Of a DNA stretch of 64,000 nt, positions 56,098 to 64,000 are shown in pieces (the first letter of the stretch is position 1; each line of letters begins with the position of its first letter). Source of the stretch: a virus. Taxonomy: Duplodnaviria; Caudoviricetes. The notes under the pieces were generated by a model, which did not search any database, was not told the origin of the DNA, and worked only from the letters and a program-made list of their open reading frames with translations. The position numbers were made by a program, and so were the translations under genes. The stretch covers positions 7,212 through 71,211 of IMG/VR virus record IMGVR_UViG_3300009873_000010. The stretch is one strand, 5' to 3'.

Positions 56098-56315
56098 TGT
56101 GGCAATTTAATGCAATACCTACTGTGTTATATGCTAATGTGCGTAAAGCAATAGCAGAGAACAATGTACGCTACTTGCGCGACATTACAATACGCTATGG
56201 AGTGCGTAATGGCGCTAAGTGTAATTGTGGTTCAGACACTGATTTATTACATAGCTATAAAACTGCAAACGAAGATGGCAAATTTACCGTGCAAATCCAT
56301 AGCACAACGACATGA
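56097..56315 (+). CDS. Small hypothetical protein (KCNCG)
   Basis: TAATG coupling. Confidence 0.55.
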   Translation: MWQFNAIPTVLYANVRKAIAENNVRYLRDITIRYGVRNGAKCNCGSDTDLLHSYKTANEDGKFTVQIHSTTT

Positions 56316-56550
56316 GTATATTGTTAAGTTTTACAATAGAGTTGCATTAGCAAATGTAGCTACTGTTGAAGAGATTCCGCAAGAGTCGCTTGTGTTTTTG
56401 TGCAGACTCAGTTATAAGTCATTAGTAGAGCCTTTTGTAAAAGACTATATTTTGGAAGGTAAGTCTATGGACAGAATAGCACGCATTACAGGTCTTACTA
56501 AACATCAAGTTAGAGGCATAGGCACTAGAGCACTTATGTATGCAAAATAG
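56275..56550 (+). CDS. Small HTH protein, possible Mor-like late transcription regulator
   Basis: YILEGKSMDRIARITGLTKHQVRGI HTH; ends 33 nt before promoter copy 2. Confidence 0.5.
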   Translation: MANLPCKSIAQRHEYIVKFYNRVALANVATVEEIPQESLVFLCRLSYKSLVEPFVKDYILEGKSMDRIARITGLTKHQVRGIGTRALMYAK

Positions 56551-56582
56551 TGCATAAAAAGTATGCTATAATTACATTAAAT

Positions 56583-56604
56583 TAGTTTTTTGTGTTATAT
56601 TGCA
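56583..56604 (+). promoter_or_regulatory. Second promoter class TAGTTTTT-N4-TTATATTGCA (copy 2)
   Basis: Matches 48357-48378; upstream of the head operon. Confidence 0.6.
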
Positions 56605-56619
56605 AAATAATTCAACAAG

Positions 56620-57969
56620 ATGCCGCAATTAGACTTACGCTTCAATAAAGCTATAGAGCAATTCATAGCTACTGGCACATTCTTAATTGACGAAGACTGG
56701 GCTATAGAGCAATATGCTCAGTACTTGAATGAGATTATGCTGGTTACTTCTGGTGTGCCCTACAGCGAATTGGGCATTAAGGAACGTAAAGTTGCAGCTC
56801 AAACAACTTTCGCTTTCTTGCAAAATGGTAGCATTTTGCAGTATTCAGAAGATGAGCTTGATGGTCAAGGCGTAGGCAAAGAACCACGAGTTGCAGTAAT
56901 GCGTTTGAATGGTGTAATGCGTAGCCAAGATTCACTCTCTACACAAGGCATGCAGAGCAAAGCAGACGAAGTGTACTCTCTGAATGCTCGCCCAGAAATA
57001 GCAGGCCTAGTATTGGAAGTTAACTCAGGCGGTGGCGAAGCGCTTGCTGCAACTATATTGCAGACAGCGCTTAAGCATTTTTCAAAGCCTCTGTATGTAG
57101 TTAATCATTTTAGTGGTTCTGCTGCAGTAAAAGCTAGTTTGCCTGCTAAAGGCATCTATATGTCGTCTGAGTCGAGTCGCATGGGCTCTATCGGCTCTAT
57201 GATGCAAATCAGCAATGAAGCATTACGCACACTGCGTGAAGAGTACACAACAATTTACTCTAATGCATCAGTTGATAAAAACGCAGCATTGCGGCAATTG
57301 CTTAAAGGCAAAACAGACTTGCTAGTTAAAGAACTGGACGAGTCTGCAGTGCAATTCCAGAATGAAGTTAAGCTCTATCGTAATTTAGCTCCTGACTTAG
57401 TGGAGTCTACACTTGCTGGTGGAGTATTTTATACACAAGACGCAATCAAAAGAGGCCTTGCAGATGGTGTTATGAATCCCTACGAGGCTGTTGACAACAT
57501 CTTATCACAACTAAAATCTGACACGATGTCTAGCACAAACACAGGCGCACCTACGTTTTTTCAGCGCCTTACCACGCAGCTTCAGCGGGCCTTCAATATC
57601 ACTGTGCCCGAAAATGCGACCGAAGAGCAGGTGCTGCAAATGCTCGAAGCTCAACCTGCAATTGATGCGCAGATCAGCAATGCTGTAGAAGCGCAAACAA
57701 TGCAATTGCGTTCAGCTCTTACAGCAGCACAAACCGATATTGCGAGTCTGCAGCAGCAGCTTGCAGATGTGCAAAACGTTTCCGCAACAACGGAAGCGCT
57801 TAGCGCACTGGAAGCACAGTTTGCAGATATGCAAAAAGCCATTGCAGAATTACAGGCAGGTCCGAATCCAGCCGGCGAGGACAACTCATTCGGTGAAAAC
57901 TCCACAGTTGGCCAGTTTGCCAATCGCCTTTCCGCCTTCAGCGCAGCTGCCGGCGAATCGGAGTATTGA
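56620..57969 (+). CDS. S49 (SppA/ClpP-like) prohead protease fused to a scaffold-like coiled coil
   Basis: VAVMRLNGVM, LEVNSGGG, GSAA, GSIG; heptad-rich C-terminus. Confidence 0.85.
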   Translation: MPQLDLRFNKAIEQFIATGTFLIDEDWAIEQYAQYLNEIMLVTSGVPYSELGIKERKVAAQTTFAFLQNGSILQYSEDELDGQGVGKEPRVAVMRLNGVMRSQDSLSTQGMQSKADEVYSLNARPEIAGLVLEVNSGGGEALAATILQTALKHFSKPLYVVNHFSGSAAVKASLPAKGIYMSSESSRMGSIGSMMQISNEALRTLREEYTTIYSNASVDKNAALRQLLKGKTDLLVKELDESAVQFQNEVKLYRNLAPDLVESTLAGGVFYTQDAIKRGLADGVMNPYEAVDNILSQLKSDTMSSTNTGAPTFFQRLTTQLQRAFNITVPENATEEQVLQMLEAQPAIDAQISNAVEAQTMQLRSALTAAQTDIASLQQQLADVQNVSATTEALSALEAQFADMQKAIAELQAGPNPAGEDNSFGENSTVGQFANRLSAFSAAAGESEY

Positions 57970-58024
57970 TTCAAGCTGCATTCACTCATAACATTATTTA
58001 AAACAACAACTCAAAACGTTTCCT

Positions 58025-59233
58025 ATGGCCACGTACAAGGTTACTCCGAGCTTCAATCGGATTACCAACCAAGCAACCTTTCCGGCGGATAGTGTGAATG
58101 CGTTTATGCGTGAAGAAATTTACGACAGCTTCAACTTCTATCAGTCGCAATTCGGCGTGTATAACTATATGCGTCTTACAGACGAGAAGAAATATGTCCT
58201 GCACACCATGCATGGTACTCCGCTTCTCTGGCAACCGCACAACAGCTGCTCTTGGGATGAAACCGGTTCTATCCGGATGGGCCGGCGTGAAATTACGCCT
58301 GTTAAAGCAAAGATCAACGAGCAGTTCTGTTACGACGAAATGTTCAACTCGGCATTCAAGCACTTCCTACAGTGGAACGGCCGTGGGCCTCTGAGCCTGA
58401 ACGCAAACGGTATCGCAGTTATCAATGCGCTTTCACGCACTCTGGCAGAAAATGCCACACTCGGTGCGCATGTAACGCTGACTGCCGGCCAGATGTACGA
58501 TGTTAGTGCAGTTACGTTCAATAGCCAAACTCCTGCCACTATCCGCGACTTGTTCGCTCGGACTATAGGCACTACTAAAGGCTGGCTCGAGCTACTGCGC
58601 ACACAGGGCCTAGTGCCTGAGTACTCGCATCTCAATGTTTCCGGAGCAATCGACACGCTCAATGACATTAACGGCAAGCGCTACATCGGCGATCCCATCG
58701 TGCTTTTCGACAACCTGCGCGAAGCTGCTCCGTTCGACCTTAAGGCCTTCATGGACGAAGGTGGAGTTATTGGCAGCGCTTCTGGCGACTACACGCCTAT
58801 TTTCCTGGTGTCCCTATCAGTCTATGCCGCAGTGGCAGAGAGCTATCGCAAGCAGTGCGTATCCGTTACCTGTATCAATCCGCGTTTGAGCCGTCGTGAG
58901 TTCACTCAGAACACCAACCGTGGTAATAAGCCTGTATATGTGTACTACATCGACGATGTGCCTGTTGTGCCGATCGCTGCAGTCAATCAGTACGATAAGT
59001 ACCTTGAGGGCTCCACACACTTCGCAGGTATTGTGTCCTCTGGCAACATCAATCTCGGCGCCAGCTTCGACGAACTACCTGACGTTGGTACCGGCCGCAA
59101 TGTAGGTATGCTGATGGAACTGGACACAAGCGCCAAGAACTACGGCAACTACTACTTCCTGGCCCATTCGTTGTTCGGCACTCACATCAGTGACACGAAC
59201 TTCATTTCTGCCACACAAGTATATGCTGAATAA
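58025..59233 (+). CDS. Putative major capsid protein
   Basis: 402 aa directly after the protease/scaffold; strong codon bias. Confidence 0.7.
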   Translation: MATYKVTPSFNRITNQATFPADSVNAFMREEIYDSFNFYQSQFGVYNYMRLTDEKKYVLHTMHGTPLLWQPHNSCSWDETGSIRMGRREITPVKAKINEQFCYDEMFNSAFKHFLQWNGRGPLSLNANGIAVINALSRTLAENATLGAHVTLTAGQMYDVSAVTFNSQTPATIRDLFARTIGTTKGWLELLRTQGLVPEYSHLNVSGAIDTLNDINGKRYIGDPIVLFDNLREAAPFDLKAFMDEGGVIGSASGDYTPIFLVSLSVYAAVAESYRKQCVSVTCINPRLSRREFTQNTNRGNKPVYVYYIDDVPVVPIAAVNQYDKYLEGSTHFAGIVSSGNINLGASFDELPDVGTGRNVGMLMELDTSAKNYGNYYFLAHSLFGTHISDTNFISATQVYAE

Positions 59234-59289
59234 GCGTATATAGGAGCTGCAACATACAACATTTTTTAATCAGATAAATTCAGATAGCA

Positions 59290-60009
59290 ATGATAAACGC
59301 ATCAAAAGTATTTCTGCAAGTTCTGCTCGGAGTGTTTACTCTGGCACTATTGCAGAATGGCGACTTTACAACCGCTATGTTGCTTGGTGCATTGTCCGCG
59401 CCACTTGGAGCTCTGATGTTTGGTAGCAGCTCTACGCTCACTGCGTGTGTAACTACCTGCGCTACGGCCGACATCACAAGCTCTGACGAGTGTAACCTGC
59501 GCGGCGGTATGAAAACTGTGTACTGGTGCCAGTATGCAGACATCGACTGGGCAACAATGGCTGCAGACCCTCTGCAATTCAGCACTGCTAACCAGGAAAT
59601 TCTGGACTACACTATGGTTGGCGCCGCAGTATTTAATAAGCTTACCTTCGACCGTAAGCAAGGCACCTATTCGTTTACTTACACGGAAGATGCCGGTGTT
59701 TACGAGCAAGTCATTACGATGATCTTTGAAGGCAAGTCTCGCGACATCCGTAACGCATTTGCCGGCGCTGTCGGATGCTGCAAGCTGATCTGCCATATCT
59801 TCGACAATAACTGCCTTGAGCGAGTTGTAGGTGTAGAGTGGGACGGCTCCACTTTCGAGCCCCAGGTAAAGACCTTGCGCATGACGCGCCATGCAGACGA
59901 ATCCGGCGAGTTCGGCGCGTCAGTAGCACGCGACGAAATGGACATTGGCGGAGAGTCCATCACACCGCCTCTTTTTGCCAGTGTAGGCGAAACAAACATT
60001 CCTGTTTAA
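59290..60009 (+). CDS. Putative major tail tube protein with hydrophobic N-terminal extension
   Basis: RGGMKTVYW, FNKLTFDRKQGTYSFT, VYEQVITMIF, LICHIFDNN; followed by a terminator. Confidence 0.6.
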   Translation: MINASKVFLQVLLGVFTLALLQNGDFTTAMLLGALSAPLGALMFGSSSTLTACVTTCATADITSSDECNLRGGMKTVYWCQYADIDWATMAADPLQFSTANQEILDYTMVGAAVFNKLTFDRKQGTYSFTYTEDAGVYEQVITMIFEGKSRDIRNAFAGAVGCCKLICHIFDNNCLERVVGVEWDGSTFEPQVKTLRMTRHADESGEFGASVARDEMDIGGESITPPLFASVGETNIPV

Positions 60010-60043
60010 CAATAAACGCATTAGGCAATAATTGTTTACAATG

Positions 60044-60080
60044 GAGAGTGCTAATTAAACTGAGCACTCTTCAATTTTTT
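60044..60080 (+). terminator. Intrinsic terminator
   Basis: GAGAGTGCT-aattaaactg-AGCACTCTT then CAATTTTTT. Confidence 0.7.
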
Positions 60081-60100
60081 AACATGTAAAACTTACAAAC

Positions 60101-60343
60101 ATGTACATTCTCACTCATAAGGCTAAGCAAAAGCCTGTACGTGTGCCAATGTTCGATGCTGCAGGTAACCGTACTCATCATGTCGCAGTAGGCGGCCCGA
60201 TTGTTGTGCAGCGCGAAGGCCAAGAAGATGAAGTAATTCAAGAAGCAACTCAAGCAGAGCTGGAAGTGCTCTACATCGACAGGGGCCTTACGCACTTGAT
60301 TCAATTTGTCGACGACAAAGCGAAGAAAGCAAAAGTAGAATAA
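60101..60343 (+). CDS. Small hypothetical head-module protein
   Basis: 80 aa; IQEATQAELEVLY. Confidence 0.65.
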   Translation: MYILTHKAKQKPVRVPMFDAAGNRTHHVAVGGPIVVQREGQEDEVIQEATQAELEVLYIDRGLTHLIQFVDDKAKKAKVE

Positions 60344-60375
60344 TAATCCGAGTAACAACCTGAAAGCACGCAAGC

Positions 60376-61737
60376 ATGCTATTTGACTTTATATCACCAA
60401 TTGTAGAAGCTTCCATTGATCGTGAGGAGCTTACTAGGCTGCTTAAGAAGTACTCTATTATGCCGTATTACGGTACTAATGAGTCTAGCAGCCATAGCAT
60501 GTTGCAATTGTTGCATGATCTTGCAGAAGTGTGCCCGAGCCACAATGCGTGCAAGGTTGACGTTTATAAATACACATTCGGTAGCTCTTTGGATATTGTG
60601 CGCAGACCTGAGCCTGGGTTTGCTGATGACTTTGAGCAAGAGCAACTTGAGCGTGCAGAGAAACTGGCCTTTATAAAATGGTTGCGCAGCATAGGCATCA
60701 CCATGATTCAGATACATGGGCTGCTCAAAGATTTAGCTAGCTCATTAGATGACTCTGGTAATGCCTATCTCGCAATACGTATTGACTACTTCGGCAATAA
60801 GCCTATTGTTACACTTAAGCAATGGGATTTTCGATATGCAGCTTATTTAGCTACTAAGCCACTTGAATCGCCGTGGATAGTTTGTACTACAAAATGGGAT
60901 GAGCAATACTGGCGTGACAATCCGCCATCACTATATACTGCATCAGAGCTACACAAGCCTTTTAATTGGCGGCAGCTGCGCAGAGGTAAAACTTACGAAA
61001 CAATAGTGCATTTCCACACTAATCGTAAGCCTAACGCTGTTTATGGGCGACCTGCTATACTGTCTGCTATGAACTGGATGTACACAGAATATATGCTCGG
61101 TGATTTAGCAGGTAAAACATCCGGCACAGAGTTTGTATCTAAGTATGTGTTTTTATTTGAGGAAATTGACCCTAAGCGTTTTGCAGGTACACCAACAGAA
61201 AAAGACGCAGCATTCAAAATACGCATGAACGAGCTGCGGACACTTACAACTGTTGAAGGCCATCAGCCAAAGGGTTTTGCAGGGCTCGACTATCCGTTTA
61301 AAGGCAATAAGCCTGAGCTGCTTAAGCTTGATGTCAACAGAGACACTAAGCATTTGCAATTTTTGTCTGACACAGCAGCTGCTGAAATCTATCAGCTGTG
61401 GCAATGGGACAGGCAATTAACTGGCTTCAGTTTGGCACATGCTAACTTGGGCGGCAACATTATTATAGATGCGTTCACTACACGTAACATAAGCACTGTT
61501 GAGCCTAGGCAAGCATACTGGGAAAATGCGTTTGCACATATATTCCAGCAAATAGCAGATGTTGTTGCGCCAAGGCAAGAGGTTCATACGATTCAATGTC
61601 CTAATTTGATCGACCGTCTCGTTGAAGCCCTGGCGAAACAATCAGGCTCTACTACGCCTATATCGCAAGTTGGCAGAAGCAATAGCCCAGTGAAGGCTGG
61701 CAATTTGGAAGATAACACAAGCGAGGAAGATGAATAA
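60376..61737 (+). CDS. Putative portal protein
   Basis: 453 aa; SSLDDSGNAYL, VYGRPAILSAM, IYQLWQW..QL, STVEPRQ; precedes an adaptor-like gene. Confidence 0.65.
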   Translation: MLFDFISPIVEASIDREELTRLLKKYSIMPYYGTNESSSHSMLQLLHDLAEVCPSHNACKVDVYKYTFGSSLDIVRRPEPGFADDFEQEQLERAEKLAFIKWLRSIGITMIQIHGLLKDLASSLDDSGNAYLAIRIDYFGNKPIVTLKQWDFRYAAYLATKPLESPWIVCTTKWDEQYWRDNPPSLYTASELHKPFNWRQLRRGKTYETIVHFHTNRKPNAVYGRPAILSAMNWMYTEYMLGDLAGKTSGTEFVSKYVFLFEEIDPKRFAGTPTEKDAAFKIRMNELRTLTTVEGHQPKGFAGLDYPFKGNKPELLKLDVNRDTKHLQFLSDTAAAEIYQLWQWDRQLTGFSLAHANLGGNIIIDAFTTRNISTVEPRQAYWENAFAHIFQQIADVVAPRQEVHTIQCPNLIDRLVEALAKQSGSTTPISQVGRSNSPVKAGNLEDNTSEEDE

Positions 61738-62398
61738 CGGCTTTATAAACGCATACGACATCATCACTTACGGTGCATTGTCGCCAGACTTCTACAAAGT
61801 GCCTACACGCGCATTGTTTCGCACAGAGCAGTACTTGTTTAACAAGTACATAGGCAAAGATTTGTATACAGATATGCGTAATGCACTTGCTGATTATTCT
61901 TCAGCTGCAGCATACGACAATACAACAGCATATACTATAGGCACAGTTGTAAAATACAATGGTATATACTACAAGTGCAAGAGCCCGTCTACTGGTAATA
62001 TACCAACGGACACAACATACTGGGAGCTTGCACCGCGCTTTACAAATATACATTACGAAGAGCTGTGGTGCCTATATCTTGCTGAGTACATAACTTGGCG
62101 AGTTTTGGCAGATCAACTGCCTACTATAGTAACTGAGCTCGGAGCAAGCGGTGCGACAAAGGCATTTGGTGCACACTTCAGGCCCGCAGACGATAGTGCA
62201 GTACGCGATCTACAAAAAGCATACTTTAAAAGGGCTCAAGAGACATGGTACAACATGGAGTACTACATATTCAGTCATGCTGAAGTTGCTGGTGTTTTCA
62301 AAAATTTTAAGCCAATACTGGATAGTGGCACTTCTGACTATACTAAGCTTGAGCCTAAATCTGCAAACGACAGCAATTATGGCTACAGTGTTGGATAA
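61730..62398 (+). CDS. Putative head-tail adaptor with inserted CBM5/12-like module
   Basis: EQYLFNKYIGKDLY adaptor-like N-terminus; AYDNTTAYTIGTVVKYNGIYYKC...PTDTTYW. Confidence 0.6.
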   Translation: MNNGFINAYDIITYGALSPDFYKVPTRALFRTEQYLFNKYIGKDLYTDMRNALADYSSAAAYDNTTAYTIGTVVKYNGIYYKCKSPSTGNIPTDTTYWELAPRFTNIHYEELWCLYLAEYITWRVLADQLPTIVTELGASGATKAFGAHFRPADDSAVRDLQKAYFKRAQETWYNMEYYIFSHAEVAGVFKNFKPILDSGTSDYTKLEPKSANDSNYGYSVG

Positions 62399-62753
62399 AG
62401 CAAAATCATGGGCAGCTCGTAAGATTCTAAATGCTGTATTAGTTGGTGCTAAAACAGTTCCATTAGATCAAGCTGAGGCTCGTAAAGCTATATGTAGAAA
62501 ATGCCCATACATAGGCACTGTTGAACCTGTATATGGTATTGCTATGGAAGGTTGCACAATCTGTGGGTGCCCATTAGCAACTAAAGCACACTATTTGCAA
62601 ATACCTAGGCTCGCAGAGCACAAAGGCGAGCCATTAAGCATAGACGAATTGCTCGAAATGAAACGAGCTTCTAAAGATATAGAGCTTGTGCTCGAAGACG
62701 TAATTTGCCCAGATGAAGTCAATCGCTGGGCTGCTATTGATTCATCCTATTAA
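62379..62753 (+). CDS. Cys-rich putative zinc-binding protein
   Basis: RKAICRKCP...CTICGCPL..KA; start ATG 62379. Confidence 0.65.
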   Translation: MATVLDKAKSWAARKILNAVLVGAKTVPLDQAEARKAICRKCPYIGTVEPVYGIAMEGCTICGCPLATKAHYLQIPRLAEHKGEPLSIDELLEMKRASKDIELVLEDVICPDEVNRWAAIDSSY

Positions 62754-62764
62754 TTTATGTAACT

Positions 62765-63508
62765 ATGAAAGCTTTTGGCTTAGCAATCTTGCATTTGATG
62801 GCCATGGTAACAGACTTTGGTCGTCCACGTGCAAACACCGCAACTTATGCGAAAAACAACCTCGAGCTTGAGGACTACGAGGCTGTGACCACACCTGGGC
62901 GCGACGTAATCACGAAAGGCACTGCAGCAGCGCTTAGCGTGAGCTCCGTTGTTTTTGCCGGCACCACATATACGGCAGGCCCGGGCGAAGCACTGCCCGC
63001 AACAAATCCGGACGCAATCTTTGATTGGCTGATAGCCCGTATCACCAAATTCGAGATTGACCCGTATCTGACTGTAGTCTACGACTCCGGCACTCTGACT
63101 GTAACGCACATGGGGCATTACACCCTCACCAGCATTACTTTCGATGACGCATCTACGGCTAACGGCACTCGCACAACTACTACAGTTGTAAACTGCACCT
63201 ACGGCTTCAGTGTTGATGGCGACCCGGGCAACTTCACGGATGGCACCTTTACGCCTGCCGCCCTTGCAAATGCGCCTTATGCATTTACCGGCGTTGTGGC
63301 TGCAGACGAAGCTACTCGTGCACAGCTCGAGACCGACATTATCGCAAAGCTCGACCTGGAGTCTACACCTTACGTTTCAGCCAATGTGTACACTAATCAG
63401 ATCACTGGTGCATTCGACGTCGAGATTGTTGCAGAGCAGGGAGTGAGCAGCTTTTCCCTGGGTACTGTGCCTTTTATCGAGTCCAAGTGCAAAACGATGT
63501 TTGGGTAA
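62765..63508 (+). CDS. Putative abundant virion protein
   Basis: Thr/Ala/Gly-rich beta protein; capsid-like codon bias; followed by a perfect hairpin. Confidence 0.55.
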   Translation: MKAFGLAILHLMAMVTDFGRPRANTATYAKNNLELEDYEAVTTPGRDVITKGTAAALSVSSVVFAGTTYTAGPGEALPATNPDAIFDWLIARITKFEIDPYLTVVYDSGTLTVTHMGHYTLTSITFDDASTANGTRTTTTVVNCTYGFSVDGDPGNFTDGTFTPAALANAPYAFTGVVAADEATRAQLETDIIAKLDLESTPYVSANVYTNQITGAFDVEIVAEQGVSSFSLGTVPFIESKCKTMFG

Positions 63509-63529
63509 GCGATACCATCTTTTGTCCAC

Positions 63530-63557
63530 AAGTAGGCGGCCCATGTGCCGCCTACTT
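63530..63557 (+). terminator. Perfect 11-bp hairpin
   Basis: AAGTAGGCGGC-ccatgt-GCCGCCTACTT. Confidence 0.75.
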
Positions 63558-63572
63558 ACACACTCCTATTCT

Positions 63573-64000
63573 ATGCGCTACTTACTTTTTACATTTCTGC
63601 TTTCTCTGCTCACATTCGCATCAACTGCACAGCTCTCTACGTATGAGCTAGAATGTGTTAAATGTAATAAGCTCGATAGGTCGGATTGCGATCTTTGTGA
63701 GTCTGACTCACGTATCTATCAGTATTTCGACGGTTTAGTAGTGCGTCAGAGCAATACTTACCCACGTTTGATACGTCGCCCTTTTGATATGTGGACTAAA
63801 GGCACGTATGTTTATTTAGAGGACTGGAAAGGCGGTAAAGCAACTATACCTTATCATCGCACTACGAACGGTTTCCTTAGCTTCCAGCACATGATGTCAT
63901 TTTTGATGACATGTCAGTGTGGTGATGCTGCAAGTGTTACGCTGATCGACCTAGGCAATGGTACATATCAGCTTGACAATGGCATAGTGCAAGTAATAAT
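63573..64000 (+). CDS. Partial signal-peptide, Cys-rich protein running off the window (not in ORF track)
   Basis: MRYLLFTFLLSLLTFASTA|QLSTYELECVKC...CDLC...CQC; no stop before 64000. Confidence 0.75.
   Translation, partial: MRYLLFTFLLSLLTFASTAQLSTYELECVKCNKLDRSDCDLCESDSRIYQYFDGLVVRQSNTYPRLIRRPFDMWTKGTYVYLEDWKGGKATIPYHRTTNGFLSFQHMMSFLMTCQCGDAASVTLIDLGNGTYQLDNGIVQVI

Larger units (their letters stand above)
1..64000. mobile_element. Tailed dsDNA bacteriophage genome segment (siphovirus-like, probable Bacteroidota host)
   Basis: TerL, portal-like, S49 protease, capsid-like, tape measure, PolA, primase, helicases and endolysin, with no host genes; repeated TAnnTTTG promoters. Confidence 0.97.

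Noticed and set aside
59347-59999. Overlapping - strand ORFs in the tail tube gene
   Set aside because: Shadow ORFs from GC-richer codon use
1-64000. Stop-codon reassignment
   Set aside because: Core genes are full length in the standard code, and TAA, TGA and TAG all terminate genes
1-64000. tRNA genes or a diversity-generating retroelement
   Set aside because: No T-arm/cloverleaf seen in intergenic gaps and no reverse transcriptase; a tRNAscan-SE run would be needed to exclude divergent tRNAs

Overview
The whole window is one dsDNA tailed-phage genome segment. It contains no host housekeeping genes, rRNA, recognisable tRNA, CRISPR array or integrase. The phage is probably a siphovirus (1354-aa tape measure, no sheath gene). 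The host is probably Bacteroidota, because at least 10 intergenic copies of TATCTTTG match the TAnnTTTG -7 promoter box and several signal peptides have Gln at +1. Layout: (1-3.7 kb, +) end of a structural module with signal-peptide proteins and an S8 subtilase. (3.9-6.1 kb, -) a small operon with a Holliday-junction resolvase. (6.2-30.8 kb, +) replication, recombination and nucleotide metabolism: DnaB-like helicase, lambda-O-like initiator with iterons, UvrD, primase, SF2 helicase, PolA with a UDG-like domain, SSB, NinB, flap nuclease, SbcD/SbcC, HNH, Dda. (31-36 kb) U32 protein, DenV-like glycosylase, GH73 endolysin, putative TerS. (36.5-39.6 kb) a repeat-rich, cassette-like region. (42-64 kb) TerL, tail genes, S49 protease/scaffold, capsid, tail tube and portal in an unusual order. 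The main hunt result is an apparent new cytosine-hypermodification pathway. It combines a dCMP-type thymidylate-synthase homologue that has lost two folate-chemistry residues, a coupled FkbM O-methyltransferase, a putative DNA glycosyltransferase, a dNMP kinase, an all-alpha dNTP pyrophosphatase and a U32-family hydroxylase. The predicted product is O-methylated and/or methyl-glycosylated 5-hydroxycytosine. Other signals are a -1 frameshift site missed by the ORF track, conserved repeats around small cargo genes, a second promoter class, and several signal-peptide or membrane-anchored proteins in the virion module. All annotations come from motif reading by eye; no database search was run.
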